Shown: piece after piece, positions 8,263 through 18,433 of the stretch
How the letters are laid out: the number at the start of each line of letters is the position of its first letter
Numbering within the stretch: position 1 is the stretch's first letter
Assembly (NCBI GenBank): GCA_964635715.1
Contig: CAZWNZ010000001.1
Location: forward strand, 74,358-138,357
Source: an uncultured Gammaproteobacteria bacterium
GTDB taxonomy: Bacteria > Patescibacteriota > Microgenomatia > UBA8517
DNA length: 64,000 nt
Direction: 5' to 3'
Translations under genes and position numbers: made by a program
The notes under the pieces: generated by a model
Databases searched by the model: none
What the model saw: only the letters and a program-made list of their open reading frames with translations
Told to the model about the DNA's origin: nothing

Positions 8263-11199
8263 TTATTCTTCAGATTTACAAAATAGTGAGAATTCACAAC
8301 CCATCTGACAAAACATGTGGCTACTACACTTGAAATCACTTTTCTCTATTTCATCACGTACTTTATAGATTTCCTTAACTGCATCTTCTAATTGTTTTGC
8401 GGTTCTAACTGTTGAAATCTTTTCTTGAGAATCTAGATAATACAAAGATAGTTTAATTTTATCTGGAGTTTTCCCAAATGGTGGTTCTTGTATCTTTGTT
8501 GCAGCTAAAGCGTAGAAAGAAAGTTGTAGGTTTTTATCTACTTCCGATTGACTTGGGATTGTTGCCCCAGTTTTGTAGTCAATTATTTCAATTGATCCAT
8601 CAGAGAATGTATCCACCCTATCCACTTTCCCTCCAATCTTTAAGTCTTTACCGAGGGGAATCACAAATGGTTGCTCGAGTGCAATTGGTAAGTTCTTTGG
8701 ATCAAATCCTGTTTTAATAAATCCTGAAAGATATAATTTTCCTTTATTGAAAAACTCAGTCTCGTGTTTTTTTGATGAGTACCCTTCTTTTATCCAATTC
8801 TTTTCTAATAGTTCGAATATCAATTTTTCGTTCGTGTTTTTGGAATTTGGAATTTGGAATTTGGAATTTAAGATTTCTGAATAGAAATCTTTTAGGGCCG
8901 CATGCATAGCAGTTCCAAATGATTGACTGGCAGAAGGTTTTGTTGGAACTTTTAAGATGTATCTTAATTTGTAATGCATTGGACACGTTTCAAAAGTTTC
9001 GATTTGGGAGAAACTCAAGTAGTCAATCTTGAGTTTCGGAATCTGGAATTTTGAATTTTGAATCTTGTGAGGTTCATAATCAAGAAATGACAACTGTTTT
9101 GTTTTATCTGAATTCGAGATTCGAGATTCGAGATTCTGCCCGAGCGCTTCAAAAATAAACGGTGAGAGTTTCTTCTCACGCTTTCCTTCACCATAATAAT
9201 CAGCTGCTGTTAGGTATAGTCTTTCTTTTGCACGAGTCATTGCAACATAAAAAAGCCTACGTTCTTCTTCCAGGTGGAAATCCCCCACTGGAAGAACTTC
9301 TTTTATTATCTCTTCCGGAATTGGAATTTGTTCACGGCGTTCCATTGAAGGAAATCTTTGCGAGACAAGGTTCGCTATAAATACCACTGGGAATTCCAAA
9401 CCTTTTGCTGAATGAACGGTCATAATATTAACAGCATTTACTTCCGTCCAGTCCTCATTAGTAGCCAATGGGCTTTCCCCTAGTTCCATTGATAGGTCCA
9501 GCCAGTCAACTACGGCAGGAACTGTGGCGTCTTCATTATCGACTTCGTAGGTTTTCAATTTATCAAAAAACTTTGAAATATTTTTGGCCCGGCTTTCCGC
9601 TTCGACAGATGACGGAGACAGTAGTTTTTGAATTAGACCTGTGTCTTCCAAATAGTAATAAAGAATTTGACCAGCAGTCTCTTTTTTAATTAAGGAAAGA
9701 TGTTTTTTAATTATCCCAAGTAACTTTTTAACTTTTTCTTTTGTTTCATCACCCACCACTACTTCGTCAATCTTTTCTGAAGTCTCAAATAAACTAATAT
9801 TGTATTTTCTTGAGAAGTTACCCATTGCAGCAATGTCACGAGAATTAATGTCAAAATAGTCATTGGAAAGAACTTTATAAAAAGCGACTGAATCTTCAAA
9901 GTCATAAAGAACTTTGAGGTATGAAATCAGGTCAATTATTTCAGGTTGTTTAAATAGTCTTCCCGGACCCAAAAATTGATATGGAATTCCGTTTCTGCCC
10001 AAGGCTCTCGTAATTGGTTCTGCGTGATTATTTGCACGTACTAGTATGGCAATATCTCCCCATTTGTAACTATCGTCCGAATTAAGTTTTACAATTTGTT
10101 TGGCAATTTGGTCGGCTTCGTTTTCAACCCTATCTGCATGAATGAACTTAATTTCGTTTCCATCTTTAGTAATTTGGGATTTTAACCTCTTGTCAATTTT
10201 TTCCACCACCTCAAGTCTATCGGGGTCATTAAACTTTATAAGATCATGACTTCTGTCCAATATTTCCTGAGTGCTTCTATAATTTTTAGTTAGTACTACA
10301 ACCTTTGTTTTTGGATAGCTACTTCTAAATTGAATTATGTTAGATACTGCTGCGCCACGGAAACGATAGATACTTTGGTCATCGTCCCCTACCACATTTA
10401 TGTTTCCATTCTTCCCTGCTAGAAGTTTTGTCAATTCATTTTGTGCATAGTTAGTATCCTGGAATTCATCAACCAAAACATACCTAAATTGTTTTTGATA
10501 TTCCGAGAGAATGTTGGGTCTATCTCTAAATAGTTTTAAAGTTTTTATAATGAGGTCTCCAAAGTCCATTACCCCTTCTTGAACTTTCAACTCATCATAA
10601 GCTTTATAGACTTTTGCCAGTTCCATAAATTTTCCCCTTTCGACCTCGTACTCTTCAGACAATTTGGAATTTGTAATTTTGAATTTGGAATTTACCCAAG
10701 CGTTATATTCGCTTGGGTTTATGTCTTCATCTTGAAGTCGGCTAAAGTGTTGTAAGAGTCCACTAATAAATTTTGTAGGATTTCCTAAAGGCCTAAAATA
10801 ATTTAGATCCAGTTTAAAAAGATTTTTACGAAGCAGCTGAATACTTTCTGCCTCACTCATTAATTTATAACGAGGGTCCAGTCCGATATGAAGCGCCTCA
10901 CGCCGGAGTACCCGATCGCAGAAAGAATGGAAGGTCATTATCCACATTTGCGTGTATCCGTAGGGCAAGCCTATATCCACTCTTTCTTCCATCTCACGTG
11001 CGGCTTTTTCCGTAAAAGTTAGTGCCAAAATTTCAGACGGCTTGGCGTGTTTTCCCAGAATTAAATATTTGATTCTTTCGGTGACAACTGTGGTTTTTCC
11101 TGTTCCGGCGCCGGCAATTATAAGAAGGGGGCCTTTGCCAAATTTAATGGCATCAATCTGCTCTTTGTTTAGCTTAAGATTTGAAGTTTTGTCTGTCAC
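8263..11199 (-). CDS. UvrD-like helicase fused to C-terminal PD-(D/E)XK nuclease (AdnAB/AddAB-like)
   Basis: AGAGTGKT, VDEFQDTN, TVHSAKGLEF, EERRLFYVAMTRA; C-terminal GKVDRVD, IIDYKTG, QLSFYA and Cys cluster; GTG start. Confidence 0.88.
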   Translation of the reverse strand: MTDKTSNLKLNKEQIDAIKFGKGPLLIIAGAGTGKTTVVTERIKYLILGKHAKPSEILALTFTEKAAREMEERVDIGLPYGYTQMWIMTFHSFCDRVLRREALHIGLDPRYKLMSEAESIQLLRKNLFKLDLNYFRPLGNPTKFISGLLQHFSRLQDEDINPSEYNAWVNSKFKITNSKLSEEYEVERGKFMELAKVYKAYDELKVQEGVMDFGDLIIKTLKLFRDRPNILSEYQKQFRYVLVDEFQDTNYAQNELTKLLAGKNGNINVVGDDDQSIYRFRGAAVSNIIQFRSSYPKTKVVVLTKNYRSTQEILDRSHDLIKFNDPDRLEVVEKIDKRLKSQITKDGNEIKFIHADRVENEADQIAKQIVKLNSDDSYKWGDIAILVRANNHAEPITRALGRNGIPYQFLGPGRLFKQPEIIDLISYLKVLYDFEDSVAFYKVLSNDYFDINSRDIAAMGNFSRKYNISLFETSEKIDEVVVGDETKEKVKKLLGIIKKHLSLIKKETAGQILYYYLEDTGLIQKLLSPSSVEAESRAKNISKFFDKLKTYEVDNEDATVPAVVDWLDLSMELGESPLATNEDWTEVNAVNIMTVHSAKGLEFPVVFIANLVSQRFPSMERREQIPIPEEIIKEVLPVGDFHLEEERRLFYVAMTRAKERLYLTAADYYGEGKREKKLSPFIFEALGQNLESRISNSDKTKQLSFLDYEPHKIQNSKFQIPKLKIDYLSFSQIETFETCPMHYKLRYILKVPTKPSASQSFGTAMHAALKDFYSEILNSKFQIPNSKNTNEKLIFELLEKNWIKEGYSSKKHETEFFNKGKLYLSGFIKTGFDPKNLPIALEQPFVIPLGKDLKIGGKVDRVDTFSDGSIEIIDYKTGATIPSQSEVDKNLQLSFYALAATKIQEPPFGKTPDKIKLSLYYLDSQEKISTVRTAKQLEDAVKEIYKVRDEIEKSDFKCSSHMFCQMGCEFSLFCKSEE
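8839..8880. repeat. 7-bp tandem array (TTTGGAA)x4 perfect plus 2 degenerate
   Basis: tttggaa x4, tttaaga, tttctga; on coding strand SEILNSKFQIPNSK. Confidence 0.9.
9040..9067. repeat. 7-bp tandem array (AATYTKG)x4
   Basis: aatctgg aattttg aattttg aatcttg; encodes KIQNSKFQI on minus strand. Confidence 0.85.
9111..9138. repeat. 7-bp tandem array (GATTCGA)x4, inverted relative to 9040-9067
   Basis: aattcga gattcga gattcga gattctg; encodes QNLESRISN on minus strand. Confidence 0.85.
10661..10695. repeat. 7-bp tandem array (AATTTGG)x5, degenerate
   Basis: aatttgg aatttgt aattttg aatttgg aatttac; encodes VNSKFKITNSKL. Confidence 0.85.
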
Positions 11200-11220
11200 G
11201 ATCAGATTGTAGCACGAAAT

Positions 11221-12216
11221 TTATTCCAACTCCTTCGTTTCTTTTTTTATACCACTTCCCAACTTTCCGGCACCTGCAATTTTTTGGCCCAACGTCCCAA
11301 AACTATTAAACACATTATTCATCATATTAAAAGCGTTAGTTAAATGTTTTTGTAAAACTCCTAAATTTTCTTCCGTCTTTTCATAATCTTTTTGAATTGC
11401 CCTTAAAGAAGAAAGAATTTCTTTGGCTCTGCTTTCGATTTTTTGTCCCTCAAAACTCATAAGAATTGCCCGAAGATATGCATAGAAAGTTGTCGGAGAA
11501 ACAGGTAATACTCTTTTGCCTTGGGAGTAATCAAACAAATCCTGATTATTTACGACTTCGTAATAAACTCCCTCAGAGGGAATGTACATAAGAGCATAGT
11601 CAATAGTTCCCTCCTCCGTCAAAATATATTTTTTACCGATAGAGTCGATGTGAGTTTTGACATCTTTTACAAATTCACGTTCATATATTTTCTTTTCGGC
11701 GTCAGTTCCCGTAGTTGTCATCTTTCTAAAATTCTCCATAGGAAACTTGGAGTCCACCGGAATAATTCCTCCTGAAGTTTTGATTGCAGCATCCACTTTT
11801 TCTCCACTTTTAAAAGTGTATTGAAGGTTAAAAGATTCTTTCGGCAGAAATTGACCAAGCATTTCTTTTAAGACCTGTTCCCCTATATTTCCACGGACTT
11901 TAGGGCTCCTTAAGAAATCTTGCAGGTCTTTCATCCCTCTTCCGATTTCACTAAACTCTCCAATATTCTTTTGGACCTGAGAAATAACCCGAGCAGCATT
12001 GTCCAGGCGCTCATTCATAGCTTGAGTATTCTGCTGAAGAGAGCTCAAAAGGGTACGCCTATCTTCCTTACTTCCGGTTTGAAGCATTTTAATTACTTCC
12101 AAAAGCTCTTCTGAAGGCTTTTGGGACTGTTTTAAATCAGAGAGTTTTCGATTAATAAAAATGGTCAGGATTACAAGTGCCGCTAATACTATAATGAGAA
12201 TTACTATTGGATCCAT
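11221..12216 (-). CDS. rmuC: DNA recombination protein RmuC
   Basis: N-terminal TM, RGNIGEQVL, PVDSKFP, KYI...GTIDYALMYIPSE, SPTTFYAYL. Confidence 0.88.
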   Translation of the reverse strand: MDPIVILIIVLAALVILTIFINRKLSDLKQSQKPSEELLEVIKMLQTGSKEDRRTLLSSLQQNTQAMNERLDNAARVISQVQKNIGEFSEIGRGMKDLQDFLRSPKVRGNIGEQVLKEMLGQFLPKESFNLQYTFKSGEKVDAAIKTSGGIIPVDSKFPMENFRKMTTTGTDAEKKIYEREFVKDVKTHIDSIGKKYILTEEGTIDYALMYIPSEGVYYEVVNNQDLFDYSQGKRVLPVSPTTFYAYLRAILMSFEGQKIESRAKEILSSLRAIQKDYEKTEENLGVLQKHLTNAFNMMNNVFNSFGTLGQKIAGAGKLGSGIKKETKELE

Positions 12217-12221
12217 ATAAC

Positions 12222-12256
12222 CAATTCTAAATGATAAATTCTAAATTACAAATGAA
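12222..12256. repeat. Degenerate 7-bp array (AAATTCT-like)x5 at divergent gene junction
   Basis: caattct aaatgat aaattct aaattac aaatgaa. Confidence 0.6.
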
Positions 12257-12587
12257 ACGAAAGGACAGAAAAGAACAGGTTTTGAAACGTAAAAACTTTC
12301 TCCCCACCCTTCTTTTGACGATTCTTTTTTGGATTTTACTTGCCGCTTTAATCTATTTTGTAGATCCGGGAACCTTTGGTGTTGTCCCACTATTTTTCAT
12401 TACATTCTTTGTAGCTCTGCTTTTTACTTTTTCTCTTATCTTTGCCAACTCCAGACGTGGTCTTCTCATCTCTCTATCTATATCTCTCTTCTTGGTTCTC
12501 ATGTATTTAGGAATCGGCAACTGGCTAAATTTGGCTTTAATAGTTGCAATTGCCTCATGTATCGAGATATATTTCAGCTTGAAATAA
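12231..12587 (+). CDS. Hypothetical 4-TM membrane protein
   Basis: 118 aa, strongly hydrophobic; alternative start 12252. Confidence 0.7.
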   Translation: MINSKLQMKRKDRKEQVLKRKNFLPTLLLTILFWILLAALIYFVDPGTFGVVPLFFITFFVALLFTFSLIFANSRRGLLISLSISLFLVLMYLGIGNWLNLALIVAIASCIEIYFSLK

Positions 12588-12591
12588 CAAA

Positions 12592-12924
12592 ATGAATTCA
12601 TCGCTTAAAAGAGGGCTCCTCCGAACTTTTGTCCAAATGCTCGAGGACCTGGAAGACAAAAAAGAGACAGAAAAATTTTTAAAAGATTTTTTTGATGACA
12701 AAGAATTAGAAATTTATATAAAAAGAATTTCTATCGCCTACTGGATCAAAAAAGGCAGAGACGAAGAAAATATTAAAAGGAATCTTCTTGCTTCTCCTAA
12801 AGAGATAAAATTGGCCCGTGAGATGTTAAAAAAAGAAGGAGTAAAACTTGCTATCAAAAAGATTGAGGCAGAAGAATGGGCAAATCAGTGGGTAGAAAAA
12901 ATAAAAAAATTTAAGAAAAGCTAG
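12592..12924 (+). CDS. TrpR-like/YerC-YecD family DNA-binding protein
   Basis: FLKDFFDDKELEIYIKRISIAYWI resembles YerC/TrpR helical motif. Confidence 0.6.
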   Translation: MNSSLKRGLLRTFVQMLEDLEDKKETEKFLKDFFDDKELEIYIKRISIAYWIKKGRDEENIKRNLLASPKEIKLAREMLKKEGVKLAIKKIEAEEWANQWVEKIKKFKKS

Positions 12925-12957
12925 CTTCAAACCCTCCTTACGCTGTACAATACACGT

Positions 12958-14382
12958 ATGGACAAGAAAAAATACTACTTAACTACAACTTTGCCCTATG
13001 TAAACGCGGATCCACACATCGGCTTTGCGCTTGAAATTGTGCAGGCGGACACCTTAGCCCGTTATCACAGGCTTTTGGGAAAAGAAGTTATATTTAATTT
13101 CGGTACGGATGAACATGGCCAGAAAATTTATCAAAAAGCACTCGACGCTGGCCGCGATCCTCAGGAATATTGCGATGAATATGCTAAAAAGTTTGATGCA
13201 CTTAAAAAAGCATTAAATCTTAGTTATACAAATTTTATTAGAACCACCGACCCCAAGCACATTGAGGCGGCTCAGGAATTTTGGAAACTTTGCGATAAGG
13301 CTGGAGATATTTACAAAAAAACTTATAAAACAAAATATTGTGTTGGCTGTGAATTAGAAAAAACCGACTCGGAGTTGGTTGATGGCCGATGTCCCCTTCA
13401 TCCCAATCAGGAGTTGGAAATAATTGAGGAGGAAAATTATTTCTTTAAGTTCTCTAAATATCAAAAGCCTTTGCTTGATTTTTACGAAAGAAATCCAGAC
13501 TTTGTAATTCCTGCAGGTAAATTTAAAGAAATAAAAACTTTTGTTGAAAATGGGTTGTCTGATTTTTCCATCTCCAGACTAAAATCCAAGATGCCCTGGG
13601 GAATCCCGGTTCCCGGTGACGACTCTCAGGTAATGTATGTTTGGTTTGACGCTCTTGTAAATTATATTTCTACTCTAGGCTGGCCAAAAGATTTAAAAAA
13701 CTACAAAGATTTTTGGCCGGGAATTCAAGTTGCCGGAAAAGATAATTTGAGACAACAAACTGCCACATGGCAGGCAATGTTAATGTCTGCAGGGCTTCCC
13801 AATTCCAAACAGGTTTTTATTCACGGATTTATCACCGTTAATGGACAAAAAATCAGCAAGAGCCTAGGAAATACAATTAATCCAATTGAAATTACCGAAA
13901 AATACGGGACTGATGCTTTACGCTATTATCTTTTAGCAAAAGTAAATCCAGCTGAAGATTCCGATTTTACTTTTGAAAAATTTGAGGAAGTTTACAACGG
14001 CGAACTTGCAAACGGACTTGGAAATTTGGTAGCACGCATTATGCAGCTCGCACAAAATAATTTGGAGGAAGGAACACGTCCAGAACCCGTGGGTTTCCCA
14101 GAAGAATATACTGACGCAATTGAAAATTATGAATTTAATAAGGCGTTGAGTTTTGTATGGGAATTGATTCAAAAATTAAATGAGAAAATCACAGAAACCA
14201 AACCATTTGAACTCATAAAATCAGATCCAGAATCCGGCAAGAAATTAATTTTTGATCTAACTCAAGAGCTGTATTTTATTGGCCGTTTATTAAATCCATT
14301 TTTGCCTGACACAAATAAAATTATAAAAGATGCAATTGTTTCAAATAAAAAACCAGAATCTCTTTTCCCCCGCCTAAGCTAA
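12958..14382 (+). CDS. metG: Methionine--tRNA ligase (short form)
   Basis: YVNADPHIG (HIGH), GTDEHG, FIRTT, YVWFDAL, KISKS (KMSKS). Confidence 0.95.
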   Translation: MDKKKYYLTTTLPYVNADPHIGFALEIVQADTLARYHRLLGKEVIFNFGTDEHGQKIYQKALDAGRDPQEYCDEYAKKFDALKKALNLSYTNFIRTTDPKHIEAAQEFWKLCDKAGDIYKKTYKTKYCVGCELEKTDSELVDGRCPLHPNQELEIIEEENYFFKFSKYQKPLLDFYERNPDFVIPAGKFKEIKTFVENGLSDFSISRLKSKMPWGIPVPGDDSQVMYVWFDALVNYISTLGWPKDLKNYKDFWPGIQVAGKDNLRQQTATWQAMLMSAGLPNSKQVFIHGFITVNGQKISKSLGNTINPIEITEKYGTDALRYYLLAKVNPAEDSDFTFEKFEEVYNGELANGLGNLVARIMQLAQNNLEEGTRPEPVGFPEEYTDAIENYEFNKALSFVWELIQKLNEKITETKPFELIKSDPESGKKLIFDLTQELYFIGRLLNPFLPDTNKIIKDAIVSNKKPESLFPRLS

Positions 14383-14385
14383 TTT

Positions 14386-15876
14386 ATGCGTAAATTTATT
14401 GAAAAACACGACAAAACAATTCAGCGTCTTTTGGAAATTCTTCCGGGTTTTTGTTCATGGAATTTTATTCTTCTCCCTTATTGGGGAATCTTTGTTTTTC
14501 CTGAGTTTATTGCTTACATTATTCTCTTATTTAATATTTATTGGCTTTTCCAATCAATTCAGATTGCCGTATCTTCCGTTATCTCCCATACTAAAATTCA
14601 AGCAGCTAAAATTTACGATTGGATGGGAGACGTCAGGGGTTTCCCGGATTGGAAAAAAGTTCGGCATATTGTGATTATTCCCACTTACAAAGAGCCTCTT
14701 TATATTCTTGACCGTACTTTGAATTCTCTTGCATCCCAAACGCTTCCGACTAAACAAATTATCCCCGTCCTGGCTATGGAAAAAAATGAGCCGGAAAATG
14801 ATCGGGAAGCTAAGTGGAAAATCCTTAATGAGAAATACGGTAAACTTTTCTGTAATTTATTTAAAACAGTTCACGAGCTTAAACCCGGTGAAGCCGCCGG
14901 AAAATCTTCAAACGAAAAATACGCAGCAGTTTGGATGAAAGAAAACTATATTGATGCTAAAAAAATAAATATCGACTATTACACGGTTTCCTCCTGCGAC
15001 GCTGACCACAAATATCATCCCCAGCACTTTGCCTGTCTTACATACAAATTCCTGGATGATCCTGAAAGATACACAAAATTCTGGCAACCGGCAGTTATGT
15101 TTTATAACAACATTTGGGAGGTTCCGGCAATAATAAGAGTTTTCAATACTTTGATGAGCATTTACAACCTGTCTCAACTTCCCCGCCGCGATCGACTAAT
15201 AAACGCTCAGAATTATGCGCTTTCATTTAAATTGTTGGACAAAGTTGGATATTGGGATGCCGACAAAATTCCGGAAGATTGGGGAATATTTTTTAAATCG
15301 TTTTATAAATCCGGTGGTGGAATCGAGGTAGAACCGATTTTTCTACCTCTTTGGGCAGATGCGGCACAATCAACTTCTCTTTGGAAAACACTAAAAAACC
15401 AGTATCAGCAAATCAAAAGATGGGCCTGGGGTGCAAGCGACGACCCTTGGATTATCAAAAGTTACTTTTTAACCAAAGGTGTTCCGTTTTGGGATAAAAC
15501 CATGAGGCTTATTCAGGCGCTTTGGTCTCATTTTCTTTGGCCGGTTAACTGGTTTACTATTACTATTGGTCTTTCAATTCCGACTCTTCTTAACCCAGCC
15601 TTTGGGAGAACCGCCCTCGGATATACTGTTCCCAAACTTTCATCTTTAATTTTGACCATATCACTTGTTTTCCTTATTGTGACAATAGTTATCGACAACA
15701 TTCAAAAACCAAAAAGGCCAAAACATTTTTCATTTTTCAGATTTCTTCTTACACCGCTTGAATTTGTACTAATGCCTGTTGCAGGATTCTTCCTTTCAGC
15801 AATCCCCGGCTTGGATGCCCACACCCGCCTCATGCTCGGAAAATATATTGAATACAAGGTCACCGAGAAAGTGTAG
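14386..15876 (+). CDS. Glycosyltransferase family 2, membrane-bound
   Basis: IIPTYKE, DAD, EDW, QIKRWAWG (QxxRW) motifs with flanking TMs. Confidence 0.85.
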   Translation: MRKFIEKHDKTIQRLLEILPGFCSWNFILLPYWGIFVFPEFIAYIILLFNIYWLFQSIQIAVSSVISHTKIQAAKIYDWMGDVRGFPDWKKVRHIVIIPTYKEPLYILDRTLNSLASQTLPTKQIIPVLAMEKNEPENDREAKWKILNEKYGKLFCNLFKTVHELKPGEAAGKSSNEKYAAVWMKENYIDAKKINIDYYTVSSCDADHKYHPQHFACLTYKFLDDPERYTKFWQPAVMFYNNIWEVPAIIRVFNTLMSIYNLSQLPRRDRLINAQNYALSFKLLDKVGYWDADKIPEDWGIFFKSFYKSGGGIEVEPIFLPLWADAAQSTSLWKTLKNQYQQIKRWAWGASDDPWIIKSYFLTKGVPFWDKTMRLIQALWSHFLWPVNWFTITIGLSIPTLLNPAFGRTALGYTVPKLSSLILTISLVFLIVTIVIDNIQKPKRPKHFSFFRFLLTPLEFVLMPVAGFFLSAIPGLDAHTRLMLGKYIEYKVTEKV

Positions 15877-15892
15877 AACCAGATACCAAATT

Positions 15893-16846
15893 CTAGCTAC
15901 TGGACATTAGTTCTTTGTAGTATCCAATCGTTTTCTGAAGTCCTTCTTCTAAACTAATTTCTGGCTCCCAACCAAGAACTGTTTTTGCTTTTGTAATATC
16001 CGGCTGTCTTCTCATTGGATCGTTCTCCCTAAACTTTCCTGTAAATTCAATTAAAGATTTTGAACCGGTAATTTTGATAACCAAATCGGCAAGTTCTTTC
16101 ATTGTAAACTCGCTAGGATTTCCTAAATTAAATATCTCCCCTTTTGTCCCCTCCGTAAACATCGCTTTGACGATTCCCTCGATTAAATCGTCAACGTAGC
16201 AAAACGATCTGGTTTGAGATCCGTCGCCATCAATTTTAATAGGAGAGCCAAAAAGGGCTGCCATTATAAAATTAGAAACAACTCTTCCGTCGTCCTTTTG
16301 CATCCTCGAACCGTAGGTGTTAAAAATTCTAATAATCCTGGCATCTATATCATATTTTCGAAGATAAATGTATGTAGCTGTTTCTCCGTATCTTTTGCTT
16401 TCATCATAACAACTCCTTGGTCCAAAAGTATTAACATTACCAAAATAAGTCTCTTTCTGAGGATGCTCCAGAGGGTCTCCATATACTTCAGATGTCGAAG
16501 CCAAAAGAAACTTAGAACCCATTTTTTTGGCTAGTTTAAGCATATTTAAAGTTCCCATAGAATTGGCTAAAAAAGTCTCTTCAGGGTAATTTTGATAATC
16601 AATTGGAGATGCAGGAGAAGCGAAGTGAAATATATAGTTAAAAGGTAAAAGGTTAAAGGTAAAAGGTTGGGTAACATCGGCTTCTATAAACTCAAAATTG
16701 GGATTTGCCATCAAGTGTTCAATATTCTTTTTTGATCCGGTCAAAAAATTATCCAAACAAATCACTTTATAACCATCTTTTATTAATCTGTCACATAAAT
16801 GGCTGCCAATGAAACCTGCACCACCCGTCACCAAAACATTTTGCAT
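15893..16846 (-). CDS. UDP-glucuronate decarboxylase (UXS)-like NAD-dependent epimerase/dehydratase
   Basis: TGGAGFIGSH, ASPASP, STSEVYGDP, PRSCYDESKR, RIFNTYG, DGRVVSNF, QTRSFCYV. Confidence 0.9.
   Translation of the reverse strand: MQNVLVTGGAGFIGSHLCDRLIKDGYKVICLDNFLTGSKKNIEHLMANPNFEFIEADVTQPFTFNLLPFNYIFHFASPASPIDYQNYPEETFLANSMGTLNMLKLAKKMGSKFLLASTSEVYGDPLEHPQKETYFGNVNTFGPRSCYDESKRYGETATYIYLRKYDIDARIIRIFNTYGSRMQKDDGRVVSNFIMAALFGSPIKIDGDGSQTRSFCYVDDLIEGIVKAMFTEGTKGEIFNLGNPSEFTMKELADLVIKITGSKSLIEFTGKFRENDPMRRQPDITKAKTVLGWEPEISLEEGLQKTIGYYKELMSSS
16637..16667. repeat. 7-bp tandem array (GGTWAAA)x4 inside epimerase
   Basis: gttaaaa ggtaaaa ggttaaa ggtaaaa ggt; encodes PFTFNLLPFN on minus strand. 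Confidence 0.8.
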
Positions 16847-16878
16847 ATAAGATGATTATATCTTACACTAGGTATAAT

Positions 16879-18405
16879 ATGAAATCCTTTTGGAAGATTA
16901 GGACCCTTTGGGATAAGCTTCATAGGGTCGGTGATTTTCTTCATTTGCCAGATATACCCAATTGGTTAATTGCAATTCTTTTTCTGGTTTTCCTTTTAAG
17001 AGTCCCCTCTTTCTTTGAACCTTACTACTACGGAGACGAAATGATTTACATGGCTTTGGGTCAAGGTGTTCGACAGGGAGAAACCCTCTACCAGGATTTA
17101 CACGACAATAAGCCGCCTCTTTTATATTTGACCGCTGCTTTATCGGGAAATTTATTCTGGTTTAAAGTAATTTTGACTTTCTGGGTTCTGGCTACTATTG
17201 TACTTTTTCACAAACTAACTGAAACCTTGTTGGAGAAAAATAAAAAAGCCCAGAAGATTGCCACTTCCATATTTGCACTTCTGACCACTTTACCATTACT
17301 GGAGGGCTTAACTGTAAATTCGGAGTTGTTTATGATCGGATTTACAATTTTGGCATTTATTATCCTTTTAAGAAAAAATGTTACCAAAAAGAATGTTTTT
17401 TTTGCAGGCATGCTCTTCGGGGTCGGAACACTTTTTAAAGTTCCTGCAGCTTTTGACGCACCGATAATTGTTTTCTATTGGGTAATCACGAGGGGTTTTA
17501 AAGATTGGAAAAAAATCCTTGGAGATACTTTTATTTTGATTATTGGATTTTCCCTTCCCGTACTTGCTACTTTTATTTGGTATTTCACCAAGGGTGCTCT
17601 TCCGGAATATATTAAGGCTGCCTTTATGCAAAATGTCGGTTACTTAAGCAGTTTCCGTCCGGGAGATGTGCAAAAATCATTTCTGGTCAGAAATGCCCCA
17701 CTTTTGATACGAGGTAGTGTTGTTCTTATCTTTTCGACACTCCTGTTTATTTTCAGAGATAAACTTTCAAAAAGATTTGTACTTTTATCACTCTGGGTGA
17801 TTTTTGCTCTTTTTGCAATCACTCTTTCGGAGCGTCCTTATCCACATTATTTAATCCAAGCCATAGCACCTGTTTCAATTTTGATGTCCGTATTCTTTCT
17901 TGAGAAAAGTATTGAACAGTCCTTAGTCGTTCTCCCTTTAGCGGTTTTTCTTTTTGTACCGATTTATTACAATTTTTGGGTTTACCCGACAACAACCTAC
18001 TATGTAAGATTTATTAAATTCGTTTCCGGTAATGAGAGTAGGGAGACATATTTCAATAGTTTTTCTTCAACCACAAACAGAAATTATCAAATAGCCGAGT
18101 TTTTATCACAATCGAGCCTTCAGAACGATCACGTCTTTATGTGGGATCCGGATTCATCTGCTGTTTATTCCCTAGCCAAGCGTCTTCCACCAATAAAATA
18201 TGTGGCAGATTATCATGTAAATGATTACTCAACAAAAGCAATTGAAGCAAAAAATATTGCCGCAAACCCACCTAAATTCATTATTCTCACCGATTCGCAC
18301 CCATACCCGGAACTAACTCAACTCCTAAAAAGTAATTATTTATTAATTAACCAAATAGATGACGCCAATATCTATTCCCGAATTGATTTTGCTCCTGCGA
18401 AATAG
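16879..18405 (+). CDS. GT-C (ArnT/PMT-like) membrane glycosyltransferase
   Basis: GDEMIY, LYQDLHDNKPPLLY, YPHYLIQ; multi-TM. Confidence 0.75.
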   Translation: MKSFWKIRTLWDKLHRVGDFLHLPDIPNWLIAILFLVFLLRVPSFFEPYYYGDEMIYMALGQGVRQGETLYQDLHDNKPPLLYLTAALSGNLFWFKVILTFWVLATIVLFHKLTETLLEKNKKAQKIATSIFALLTTLPLLEGLTVNSELFMIGFTILAFIILLRKNVTKKNVFFAGMLFGVGTLFKVPAAFDAPIIVFYWVITRGFKDWKKILGDTFILIIGFSLPVLATFIWYFTKGALPEYIKAAFMQNVGYLSSFRPGDVQKSFLVRNAPLLIRGSVVLIFSTLLFIFRDKLSKRFVLLSLWVIFALFAITLSERPYPHYLIQAIAPVSILMSVFFLEKSIEQSLVVLPLAVFLFVPIYYNFWVYPTTTYYVRFIKFVSGNESRETYFNSFSSTTNRNYQIAEFLSQSSLQNDHVFMWDPDSSAVYSLAKRLPPIKYVADYHVNDYSTKAIEAKNIAANPPKFIILTDSHPYPELTQLLKSNYLLINQIDDANIYSRIDFAPAK

Positions 18406-18433
18406 ATATCGTAAAATAAAGTCCTTAATAAAT

